The position numbers and the translations under genes were made by a program. Below the pieces are notes generated by a model that worked only from the letters and a program-made list of their open reading frames with translations, searched no databases and was not told the origin of the DNA. Positions 1-11,632 of a stretch of DNA of 64,000 nt are shown piece by piece. Source of the DNA: Moniliella sp. 'wahieum' (lineage: Eukaryota). The stretch is from positions 62,001 through 126,000 of the forward strand of contig RSEE01000036.1 of NCBI GenBank assembly GCA_003971905.1, read 5' to 3'. How positions within the stretch are numbered: the stretch's first letter is position 1; each line of letters opens with the position of its first letter.

Positions 1-115
1 CGGCACTCCTGTCCAAGGCAAGGCCTAGCCCAGGGGGGTAGAGGGACAGAGCAAGGAGAGATAGCATCGCATTCGATGGGACATGCACAAAACACAACAA
101 CCCAAGCAAAAAGAA

Positions 116-204
116 AGGAGTAGGTCGGACTTGAACCAACGACTTCAAGATGATGTCAACACACAAGTTGCAATCACACACGCTAACCGCTGCGTCACTA
201 CTCC
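116..204 (-). tRNA. tRNA-Cys(GCA)-like gene with putative intron; irregular anticodon stem
   Basis: Reverse strand: acceptor stem GGAGTAG/CTACTCC, U73 discriminator, D arm ACGC-AGCGGTTA-GCGT, anticodon loop TT-GCA-A, extra ~13-16 nt, T arm GTTGG-TTCAAGT-CCGAC, followed by TTTCTTTTT (Pol III terminator-like). Confidence 0.75.
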
Positions 205-598
205 CTTGGGACCAGCGTGGAGGGCTGCAACTACTACATCCATCCCTCAGTTCAATTCCCAGTGGAGAGAGAAAGAAAGGGCCCTCCTTCTTCGGTCCTT
301 GTAGCTCCCACAAGAACCCAGTCAAGTGCCACCTGTTTGGGAAGGAGCACGCCATCGAACGTGCGCGCCGACATGACGAGCGGCTGGCGGCGGATGGTGG
401 GCGGGCGCTTGCCGGTGCTCGCGACGGCCATCTGGGCCTGGTTGAACGTTGATCATCGATAATCGATAACCGCCCTTCCGCCCATTCCGCCTGGCGCCCA
501 CGCCGAAATGTTCAGAGGCGGCAGGAGCGGCAGATAGATAACAAGGCCAGCCTCCTCGGCGCTGCCCTCCCGCTCCCCCTCCCCGCCCACCCGCCATC

Positions 599-1458
599 AT
601 GCCGCCGCCCGTCGCGTGCGCCGCCTCCTCCTCCTCGCCATCGCCATCGCCGTTGGCGGTGCGGCCGCGTGCCCCGACGCCGCTGCCGACGCAGCACGGC
701 CTGGCGCCGCGCTCGCAGCGCGGCGCGACCCAGCCGTCGGGCGGCCGCTCCCTTGTCCGCCGCTCACCTGGGCCAGGTCAACGTGCTGCACACGACCGAC
801 ATTCATGGGTGGTACCAGGGCCACCTTGCAGCGACGCAGCCCGAGCCGAACTACTCGGCGGACTGGGGCGACTTTGTGAGTTTCGTGGCGCATCTGCGTC
901 GGCAAGCGGCGCTGCGGGGTGTGGACCTGCTCCTGGTCGACACGGGCGATTTGCAGACGGCACGGGGTTGGCCGATTCGCCTCCCCAGGCCAAGTTGCCA
1001 GCCACACTGCCAACCAGTTCCACCTTATGGTCCACTACGATGTCCTGACGCCCGGCAACCACAACCTGTACAACTACACGCTTGCTCTCGACACGTACAC
1101 GCACTATGTGCCTGCCACCGCTGGCCGCTTCCTGGCGTCCAACATCACCTCACCCTCCCCTCGGGCGAGGAGGTGCGATGGGCAAGCGGTACCGCAAGTT
1201 TACCACCGCGCTCGGCCGCCGCGTCACGGCGTTTCGGTGTGCTGTTCAATTTCATGGCGCCGACAAGGGCATTGCGGTGCAGCGGGTGGAAGCGATGGTG
1301 CAGGAACCTTGGTTCCTCGAGGCCATCCAAGATCCACCCGATTTTCTTGGTCACAGGTACGTGTCGTATGCGCGCTGTTATCTTGCGTCAGGTGGAGAGG
1401 TAGAGTGGGGTGCACGAGTGCTGACTGACACAACCTGCCGTCTCGTTCGTTCGTTCGC

Positions 1459-1537
<79 letters not shown>

Positions 1538-2793
1538 GGGCAGGCCACATGCCCGTCGCGCGAGACAACTTCCCGACGGTGATCCAGGCCATTCGGAAGC
1601 TACATCCCACCACGCCCATCCTCGTTCTTGGTGGCCACACGCACATCCGAGACTGTGTGGTGTACGACGGTATGCGATGGGGCTGGGAGTGGGCGGTACC
1701 TCGAGACGGTAGGCTGGCTACGCCAACGCCTCAAACTTTCACGTTCCATCCTCGGGTGCAATGGCCACGTCGGACGAAATTTCGTTTGCGCGGTCGTACA
1801 TTGATGCGAACCGGCGCAACTATGCGATCCATGCTGGGCTCGCCTCGGAGGGCGGGTTGGACACCCCGCGCGGAGTCAACATTTCCCTTGCGCTGGACCA
1901 GATAGCTACCGAGTGGAACCTGAGCCACGTGCTGGGGCACGCGCCACAAGATTATTCCCTAGACGGGTATGCGGCGACGGACCAACGGTCGCTTCTGCAT
2001 CTGCTCACGCAGCACGTGCTACCGACCATAGTCAGTGCCTCCGACCCCGAGGGGACGTGCCCAGATCGTGCTGGCCAACTCGGGTTCGCAGCGTTTCCAT
2101 CCACCGTGGGAAGTTTACGCGGAACGATCAGTTTATCGTTTCTCCCTTTATCGATACCTTTCTCCACGTGCGCGATGTCGAGTGGCAATACGCGTCGCAG
2201 CTCGTGGACAAACTAACAGTGACTTTGGCGTTTCCTCTACCCGGTCCGCCTGGGCGTCGGCAAAGCGGTACGAGGACGTGTTGCCCACTACGCTCGTGGG
2301 GAGGTGCAGGACATTATAACCACTGGCGACAAGACCAAGCTGCGATGCACCCGACCCCGAAGGGAGTCTGCCCTGCCCACTGAGGAGAGTACGACGACGA
2401 CCCATCCTTCCTGGGGCGGCATGGCACTGCGCCTGCAAGCTGATGCGAGCCGGAGCGGGATCTGCACCGACACGGTCCTACGATGGGGTACGTGACGCAA
2501 GACGGGTGTCCGGGGCAAGGGGACGATACGCGGCACGTTAAGTTGCCCCTATGTGGTTCAACCAGACTATGTGCAATCGGCACCGACCAACACCTCAGTC
2601 CTTGCGCCCGGAGTGTAAAGTGGACGTGATCTTTCTCGACTTTATTGAGCGATCTATTCTGCAGATTCTGAATGGGGTCCAAGCGAAGCGGGTACACCAG
2701 TTCCGATGTCCGGCCCTACGGTCCCAATGTGACCACCCAGCAAATCTATGCGCTGTACGCACAGCACTTTTGGGCCTCGCCGGCGCAAGCTGA
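599..2793 (+). CDS. Secreted calcineurin-like metallophosphoesterase / 5'-nucleotidase family (yeast YHR202W-like); frameshifted in assembly
   Basis: Signal-like [17 protein letters not shown]; motifs [40 protein letters not shown] (across intron 1357-1543), [19 protein letters not shown] spread over several frames. Confidence 0.85.
1458..1536 (+). repeat. (TCTG)n microsatellite inside intron
   Basis: About 20 perfect TCTG units directly visible. Confidence 0.97.
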
Positions 2794-3024
2794 GCCTCCA
2801 CGCGCGTGAGAGGGGACCAGGCCAGCCCGCACTCAATCCACATCACCCAAACCCAATCAAACCAAAGAACAGGAAACCAAATGCATGCATGCCCCCTCGT
2901 CCCGAGCGCTCGAGATTCCCCGTTGAGGAGGGTGAAAGCTGAGCCTCAGCGCTGAGCGGGAGAAAGGAAGGACCATAGGACGCCTGACCATAGCCGGACA
3001 GACTAACGTGAACTAGGAGGTGTC

Positions 3025-4105
3025 CTACGCGTCGCGCACTTCCTCTGCCTCGTCAAACAAGACAAACTTGGTGTGCTGTGCAGTGGTCGGGGCGGGCGAG
3101 GGAACCGACGGGGCCTGTGGAGCCTGAGAGGCCGGGGCGAACATCTCGTGCTGTTCCACGTCCGCATCGGGGGCAGGATCTTCACCGTGCTCAGGGTCGA
3201 ACGACTGGGCAGCCAAGGCGGAGCGTGCGCCCCACTGGCGCGCAGTGAGGCGTGCAGCGCCAAACTCGCTAGCCAGTGTGCAGAGGAGCGTATGCCCCGC
3301 CATGAGGATCCAGTAGCGAGGCGAAGCAGGCAAAGAGCGCGAGTAGGCCCAGACGAGCAACGCATGGACCAACTGCAAGCTCAACAGATGGTCTAGCATA
3401 TGACTCGGTCGTCGCACCACCATCACCAACAAAACCGTATCCCCCACGGCCGCCACTAGCCAGCCAACTAAAATCGCCACGATCCGGATCGGATCCTGCA
3501 TCTGCTCGGCCGTCCAAGCTTGGAGCAACGCGTCCGCAGTGGGGGCTTCGAGCGCAGTTGCAGTTGCAGGTGCAGGTGCATCGGGAGCCGGCGCGCCGTC
3601 CCGTTTCCGTTCCTCGGGCACCACCACGCCAGCGCCAGCGCCCGTGCTGCTCCCGGCCGATCCCGAGCCCGATCCCGAAGGAGAAAAGTTGGTTGGGGGT
3701 CAAGACGACGACCGTTGTGCCCGACGTGCCCGCGGGCGGGTGGGGGGGACGTTGTAGCGGAGGAAGGGCGGTCGAGCCAGACGGAGCCCGGGTGGAACGG
3801 GATGAGGGGCTGTGCGGGCGTCCAGGGCTGCCAGGGCGGATGGGCAGCGAAGTAGCGCCAGTCGAGCAGCGGGTGGAGGCTAGCGCTTCCGCCTGCGAAG
3901 CGGAGGGCGGCGGCGCGTGGCCTGCGCGTCCGAGCGCGGTGGCGGGCGGGTGGAGGGCGGCGCTGGTGGACCAGATGGCAAGGAGGAAGAGGTAGTGCGC
4001 GGCCTGCAGCACGCCCATCTGGTACACGACCCGGCGCGCATCGAACCCGGCCTGCGGGGAGGCGAGGATGGCGCCGGCGCGGCGGAGGAGGGCGGGCGCG
4101 GGCAT
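3025..4105 (-). CDS. SYS1: Golgi integral membrane protein Sys1-like (frameshifted)
   Basis: FDARRVVYQMGVLQAAHYLFL at N-terminus; VMVVRRPSHMLDHLLSLQLVHALLVWAYSRSLPASPRYW and LASEFGAARL match the Sys1 pattern. Confidence 0.75.
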
Positions 4106-4374
4106 GCTGGCGGGCGCTGGGCACGGTCGAGTGGCGTGCCGCCATCTCCCCCTCCGCCCGGCCGTTCGACACGCTGCGCTCGGCCGTCGGTGTGGCCATC
4201 ACGCCCGCGCGGAATGCGCAACTCCGCCGGGCGGCGCGGCAGGAAACATTCATTCGAAAAAAATTGGGCTGCGTCGCAAAACGCAAAACACTTCTACAGA
4301 ACCAACCCTCGGTCCTTGGGCTCCTCTTTCTCCTCTTCCTCCTCTTCTCCTCCTCCTCTCCATCTGTCGTCGCT

Positions 4375-5331
4375 ATGCCGCCCACGCCGCTCCCGCTCTC
4401 CAGCGACGACATTGACGACCTGCTCTTCCCCGCCCGCTACGGGGACGTTGACGAGCTCGCCGCTGCGCTCGACCGCCTCGCCCACGCCCACGGCGACGCC
4501 CCGGACACGCGCTCGCGGGTCCTCCTTGCCGCCCACAACGACAGTGGCAACACCCCGTTGCACTATGCCGCTGCCAACGGCCACAACGGTACGTTTTTTT
4601 TTCCCTCGGGGCATGTACCTTGCCCTTGCCCTTGCCCTTGCCGCTGAGGCTTGGATGGATGGATGGCTTGGGCAGGTTCCTCTGACACATCTCGGTTCCT
4701 TTTTTTTGTTGTTTTTTTCGTCTCCCATACACTGCTACCCTCCCCGTATCCTCCCCGTACCCGTACTGTACCCGCGTGCTATGCTGTCTGCATGTCATCG
4801 CGCGTGCACCCGCCCACAGACGTGGTAACCTACCTCGCCCCGCACTTGCCGGCGGTACAGCTGATTGCGCAAAACGACGCGGGCAACACGCCGCTGCACT
4901 GGGCTGCGCTCAATGGGCACCTGAGCACCGTCAAGCAACTGGTCGACCTCATCGAGTCGGAGGAGAGTGCGGCGCAACTGGCCCAGATGGACGTCAAGCC
5001 TCACCTTGCCCACCGCGAGGAGGAGCACGCTGCGACCGCCAATGCCAATGCGGATGGGGATATCCCTGAGCCACCGGCGTGGGACATTCGGAACGCTGCG
5101 GGCCGAGGACCCATGTCGGAAGCCGAGATGAACGGTAAGGAGGAGGTGGTGCAATTCCTGTTGGAGTGTTCGATTGTTGGGTCCAACCAGCAGGGGGTGA
5201 AGGACGAGGAGGAGGACCAACAACCCGAAGCGAATGGTACCGGTACTGGCACCGGCACCGGCAACGACGACGACGACGACGATGATGTACCAGACCAAGA
5301 TTATGACAAGGTCCTCCCTCCTACCGCGTAG
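4375..5331 (+). CDS. YAR1: Ankyrin-repeat protein Yar1 (Rps3 chaperone); intron 4589-4819
   Basis: DDLLFPARYGD, NDSGNTPLHYAAANGHN|DVV, QNDAGNTPLHWAALNGHLSTVKQL, IRNAAGRGPMSEAE, acidic tail; the intron joins in frame. Confidence 0.85.
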
Positions 5332-5509
5332 CGCAATCGATCTTACTGTACTGATACTCCCTTGTGATCGTGATTGTCTTGTGCAACCCGCTATCCGCTA
5401 CCCGCTATCCGCAATCCGCCCTCTGCAATTCCATTCCCCTTTCGCCTTGTCCCTTGTCCCTTGTCCCTTGTCCCCCGTCCCCCGTCCCTTGCCCCCCCTT
5501 ACCGTGTCG

Positions 5510-6340
5510 CTAGAGCTGCACGGGATGAGCACCACCATCTTGGACCACCGATCCACCACCAGCACCATGTTCAGCGTCTCGCCCTTGCTCCCAAGTCCTC
5601 CCTCTGGTAAGGGACCGAACTGATCCATACTGAAGCTCGACCAAGGCCGGGCTGGTACTTCCAACGGCTACAGTAGACCGTAAGGGCGATGGCGGCGGCT
5701 CTTGGCAGTCTGACACGGCGAGCACGTTCCCACATATAGCGTCGCACATCGAAAGTCATTCCTGGCCAATAGTACCACCGCGCCAACTGATCGTACGTGC
5801 GTTCTCTTCCTTGGTATCCAGCCTCGGGCTTGTCATGGTGGTCATGGAGCAAGGTATACCGCAGCGCTTCAGACTCGGGCACGTAGAGTCTCCCTTGGAA
5901 GTAGAGCAACCCGTCACGCACCTCATACCCCTGCGGCGCACAACCTTCGCAACGCTTGATATCCCACTCCCCAACGTTGCTCGGCGGGCGTAAGCTTCCT
6001 TGACCAATAGGCTATGGGGCGCTGCCGCCCTCGTGAGGCTGAGAGAGGACCGCTGCCACAGCATACCCACTCGCGTCCGACTCGGTTCTCAAAGGCTTGT
6101 TCTGGATCGAAGGCGCCAGTACTGGGCTGGAGTAAACGCAGTTCCTTGAGCCGATCGAAGCAACGCCGGTGCTCAGAGGTCCATTCCCAGCGCTGGCCCG
6201 TGTGAAGCAACTGAGTCAGGGGGCGGGCGGTGTACTGCGAGTAGGAGGGCACATAGATTCTGCAGAAGCTCATAACGCGCAAAGTGCGGAGCAGCTCCTT
6301 CGGCGTCTTGGGTAGGCCATGGCGCGCAGCAAGGGGGTGT
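5510..6340 (-). mobile_element. Degenerate Ty3/gypsy retrotransposon pol fragment (RT connection, partial RNase H, integrase N-terminus)
   Basis: PKTPKEL...FCRIYVPSYSQYTARPLTQLL...WEWTSEHRRCFDRLKE; RPIAYWSRKLTPAEQRW; GRLYVP..LRYTLLHDHHD..GYQGRERTYDQLARWYYWPGM; VPARPWSSFSMD..GPLP..VLVVDRWSKMVVLIP. The RT-RH-INT order is gypsy-type. No LTRs seen. Confidence 0.9.
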
Positions 6341-6792
6341 CGGGCACGCCTAATAACAGCCATGCAGGACCCCCGGGAGCTCAGGGCGCGCAGACTTAGC
6401 CGTCCGCGGCAGACGGCAGGCGCCCGAGGCCTCCTTGAGGACCTTCCACGTGCGGTCTGCCACGGTAGCCGGTGGTCAAGGCGAATGCCCCTGACTCCTG
6501 CTGCGGACGCGGGGGGAAAACAGCGCCCAGACCAACACGAGAAAAGAGCCCACCGTGCGGACAGTGGCGCAGTGCTGTGTGGGCGCGCTCTTCCTCCTCG
6601 GCAAAAAAAGGCACAAGTGCGCGGATGAGACCCTGGGAAGGTGGGTGCACAGGCCACCCGTCCCACACAAGTGACTAGTGACTCCACCACCTTCTTAAGC
6701 CGCCCATCCGGCGTGTCCTTCCCCGCCCCCACCACCCCACCCCTCCTCCTATACCCCTTTCCTCGGCCGCCAGAACCGTTGACCAGCAAGCA

Positions 6793-9700
6793 ATGTCGTA
6801 CCAGCTGTTGCGCACCACTCTCCCCGACGCCCAGCGCGACGAGGTGGCCTCGATTGTCCGCTCCAACCACCATCTCGAGGTGGAGACCTCCTTCCAACGC
6901 AGCCGTGCGACCGCCATCAAGATTGCCGACACGCTCGATTCCAAGTACGGGGGCGAGTGGAGCGGCATTGTCGTCCCCACTATGCCATCTTTGCGCGCGA
7001 AGACGAAGGCCACGTTTTCCGCTGCCAGATTGACCAACAGATCTACACCTTTTGGAAGAACACGCCGTCGGGCAAGGCCGCAGGAGAACAGCTGTCGGCA
7101 GAACATCTCGGTCCCCTCTTTGTCAACAGTTTGAGTTGATGCGAACCACCATGCCCGACTGGCAGAGCGACGAGGTCACACGTTGGTTCAGGAGATGTCA
7201 CACCTGGAGGAGGAGACCAACTTCACGCGCAGCCGTGCGACAGCAATCCAGATTGCCAACAAGCTTGATGGCAAGTACGGCGGCAACTGGAGTGGCTCAT
7301 TGGTCCTCACTATGCCTCTACGCCCGTGAGGACGCCGGTACCTTTTACCGCTGCAAGATTGGACCACAGATCTACACCTTCTGGAAAACAGTGGTTCATG
7401 TGGTGGCGGCAAGGCGACGGCCGCCCAGATCCAGGCACGGATGACGGTGCATGACTTTAAGATGGAAGAGTGGATGAAGAGCCGCTCGCTTGAAGTGATC
7501 GCTACGGGGCTGGCCGAACACGACAGCTCGGTTGATGACTTCACCGTTTGGGTTGCCCACCGTCTTGACGATGTGCTTGGTGTTGGCTGGGGCTGGCGCT
7601 GCTTTGACGAAACGGGTCGGTGGACATGCCACCACCAAAAGGCTGCGCAGTACAACCTCCGCATCAGTACGTTTCTTCTTCCGCTTCACACGTGTGAGGG
7701 GCGTGAGCGCTGACTCGCATGCAGACTACATGACGCACTATGTGACGGTTTGGTTCTACGGTGCGACGGGCACGCAGCAGCAAGTCGGGGAGCAATCCTC
7801 GTTTGGTAACTCGGAGACTACCTACCATACCGCCGCGACATTTACCGCGCACCAAACAGTTGTCTCTGGCACTACCAGTTCATCTCAGACCCAAATCACT
7901 TCGGCTCAAATCCAGTCCCAGATCACGGTGCACGACTTCAAGATGGACGAGTCGATGAAGAGCCAGTCGATCCAAATTATTGCCACTGGCTTGGCGGAGC
8001 ACGATGGTTCGGTCGATGAATTTACTGTGTGGGTTGCTCACCAACTCGACCAAGTGCTCAATGTCGGCACGGGATGGCGCTGCTTTGATGAGACGGGACG
8101 CTGGACGTGCCACCACCAGAAGGCGGCGCAGTACAACCTTCGCATCAGTATGTGCATCTCCTTTCGCATGGGATAAAGCGGCACTAACGTGTTTGTTTAA
8201 AGATTACCTCACGCACTATGTCACCATCTGGTTCTACCCGGAGACCAACACCCAGCAGCAAGTGGGCGAGCACGCTTCCTTTGCCAACTCGGAGACTACC
8301 GTTCACACTCAAGAGACGTTTAGCGCGCACAAGCCCAAGTCGGGCTGGGGTTCCGGGGCGGCGTTGGGTGCAGCGGCGGGCGCGATTGCCGCTGGAGGGA
8401 TTGCAGCGGGTGTGGTTCACCACCAGCACTCTCAAGGGCAGCAGGGGTACGGCCAAGCCCAGGGCACCTTCCAGACGCAACAGCAACAGGGCTCTACATA
8501 TCAACACCAGGGTGCCATTCAGCAAGGCTCGTACCAGCAACCCCAAAACTACCCAACCCAGGGAGAGAAGCATGACCAACATCATGGTCTCGGTTCAGCT
8601 GTGGCGATTGGAGCAGGTGCCTTGGCCGTCGGGGGTATTGTTGGGGGCGTCATGCATCATGAGCACAAGCAAGGGACCCAAGAACACTATGCTGGTGCTA
8701 GCTCCCACCTTGAAAATGGCAAGGTGGCTGAGATCCAGTCCCAAATCACGGTGCACGACTTTAAGATGGACGAGTCGATGAAGACGCAGTCAATCCAAGT
8801 CATTGCCACTGGTCTGGCTATGCATTCCTCGTCGCTTGATGAATTTACGGTGTGGGTTGCGCATCAGCTTGACGTGGTACTGGGTGTGGGTACGGGCTGG
8901 CGCTGCTTTGACGAGGCGGGCCGGTGGACTTGTCATCACCAGAAGGCGGCACAGTACAATCTCCGCATCAGTACGTCTTCTGGCTGGCTTGTTTTTTCTT
9001 GTGGTCGATGCAGTACTGACCTATCTTTTCAGACTACCGCACACACTTTGTCACCATCTGGTTCTACCCGGGGACTAACACCCAGCAACAGGTGGGTGAG
9101 CACGCCTCCTTTGGCAACGCCGAGACGACGTTCCACACTAGTGAATCGTTTTTCTCCCAGACCAATGTGAACTGGAGCTCATCGACCACGAATGCGACGA
9201 CCGTGGGTGGCGAATTCACCGGCACGGGTTCTGGGCAGCAACACAACCAGCAAGGTGAGGCCGGTCAGGACTTTAATGCACAGCAGCAAAGTGTCACGTA
9301 TCAACAGAGCCAGCAGGAGCAGGAGCAGGTCCCCGACAAGAAGCATGGGTTTGGTACGGCGGCGGTGATCGGGCTAGGTGCCGCAACGGTGGGGGGCATC
9401 ATGGGTGCGCTTTCGAGCAAGAAGCACGACCATGCAGAACACGGCGGCTCGTTTTCTTCCCAACACCAACAGGCGCATCAAGACACCAGTTCGCACCAAA
9501 GCAAGTTTTCGGGATTTTGGTCCGGATCAACTGGCCAAGGCGGCGAGAGCACCACTACCACTACCTATAACCGAGTCGCAGGACAAGCCTGGTCTCTTCA
9601 GTTCCCTCAAGTCTGGAGTCCTGGGCGGAGGCACACGCCTTGCCGAGATGAGTGGGATGGTCACGGCGGGGGGCGTGCAACGGTCCAGAGTGTACAGACG

Positions 9701-10144
9701 CGTTTTTCAACTCTGACTGGACAATCTAAGGCCCAGCTGCAGAGTACGACGACTGTCGAAAGTTCGGTTGGAGTGAGTGAGCACCAGGAGACGATCGTTG
9801 GTGTTACCCACGATGTGCTGCAGATGAAGTTGGGCCCGCAGGAGTTCCTCCCTACGCTCGCCTCTCGTCTGACTCAGCAGTTGGGCCCGGGCTGGCATGT
9901 GTTTATGGGGACGGACTTCAACCATGAAGTGACGGGCCAGGCTCAGCGCTACCTGCTCTACACAGTCGGTGGACTCAAGTTCACAGTCGTCCATTCGACA
10001 GAGGACGTTGCGTGGAAGCAGCAGTCAATGACCTCGTACCCGTCCGGCCCTGACGACCACCACGTACACCCAGGGCCCCACTACCACCACCACCACGACC
10101 CAGAAGGTACACCACCTACACGTCCAACTCCCCAGATCAACTAG
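6793..10144 (+). CDS. Uncharacterised repeat protein with six tandem dynein light chain (LC8)-like domains, Q/H/T-rich linkers and glycine-zipper motifs
   Basis: Two type-A repeats (LDSKYGGEWSGIV / LDGKYGGNWSG ... QIYTFWK); three type-B repeats (TVHDFKMDESMK...VAHQLD.VL..GWRCF...HYVTIWFY), each with an intron at the same site (7667-7724, 8148-8202, 8971-9032); one type-C (LASRLTQQLGPGWHVFMGTDF...YLLYTVGGLKFTVVHS). Several indels. Confidence 0.7.
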
Positions 10145-11632
10145 GTATACCACTTTTTCTCACTGTCCTGTTCACATCCACGTACGCACGTACGCGGTTC
10201 ACATTTCCTCCTTCAACATTTTGCCAAGGAGCTTTTTTTCAGTCCATATGACTTGTCCCATATGTCTCTCCCCCCTTTTCGCCATTCATGGCACGGCCAA
10301 GAAGACATCATTTTTTGACCGAGAAATTGACCTGGGACATATGATCGGGAGACGTGCAATGCGCTTTGGGGTATTCAGTGCAGTGTTGGTGGTGTAACAC
10401 GGCCGGATTCTGGGTGTTGGCAAGTTGGACCAGGTTGGACCACAGCTAATAGTTTCGATGCTAACTGACTGTATCAAGGCTCCGCCGTTCAGCGCGTTCA
10501 ACGTGGTTCATCACATGATGCAGATCTGTCACATGTCACAGCGCTATCATTCCGTGATCGAGTGATCGACCACCACAGTTTCTGTGAGCGCTGAGCGTCA
10601 GTGCCCTCGATGGTTTCCCCCTGTTGTGATTACAGCGTTTGAAGCGTTTGGGAGGGAGCAGTAAGCATCAAGCTTTTGCAGCGTCCTACACGTCCTGTTG
10701 GGGATGGTTGAAGAGGGGGGTCGAACGTCGAATCCTGAGTGTTGAACGTGAACGAGTTATCGAGAGTTACTAGTTATCCCTGAGGCGAGGCTCAGCCGTG
10801 AACGCCTGAGACTGAGATCTCAACAGATCTGAGATGAGATCTGAGAGGTGGTGTTGATGCGCAGATGGTTATAGTTAGATCTTATATAGAGCTAAAGGCT
10901 AAAGTTTTTGCCTCAAGAGCTCGAGCTCAAAGACAGTTACCGTGACGCGACGCTTGTGGATCCCTCCCGCATGCAACTCGGGTAGCAACGAAGGCCGATT
11001 TCTCCAGTCTACTCGGCGCCGATCCCCGAAGCGCCGGCATCGTGGTGGATGTCCAAGCTACCCGGGGGCTTAGTGTCAGCTCTCAATCTCAGATCTCATC
11101 GATCATCTGAGATCTGAAGATGAGATCTGAAGAATAAACCAACCGGTGGTGCTGAGTGGAAGGAAACCATAGGCACTTGCCCTGTGCCATGTGCCTGGAC
11201 ACAGTCACGAATGCAAATACAAAATGCACACGGGCCATCAAGGGTGACATGGTGACGCTGTATTTTTCCTCAGCTCTCTCGATCCGTCGGCGAGGCAGAC
11301 TGCTTGCTGCTTGCTGCCTTAGCTGTTCGATCTTCGATGGGCGGCAGATGGGATGACGGTGGGCGCTGAGCCTCAGCGCTGGCCATCGACATCGACGTCG
11401 CCCAGTGGCCTCCCTCCCTGTTGCTCGGGCGCACCGCTCGATGCTCGATGCTGGCCCTGGGTCGTCTGCTTTCTGCGCTGAGCTGTGGGCAAGTCGGTAC
11501 TAGTAGGGTTACTATACTATGATCCATCTGCCTTTTATCCCTCCACCGGGGAGTCTTTCGTGCCGCTCTTGCTTATCCGTTCCCCCTCCCTTGCCAATAC
11601 TCCTACTTCTACTCCAACCCACCCAATCCATC

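Noticed and set aside
4250..4270. RRPE-like A-tract upstream of YAR1 (similar at ~42781-42793 before TMA23)
   Set aside because: Plausible for ribosome-biogenesis genes, but only a partial match and homopolymer lengths are unreliable here.
5385..5500. LTR or target-site duplication of the gypsy element
   Set aside because: Only simple repeats (CGCTATC, CTTGTCC); no matching sequence on the other side of the fragment.
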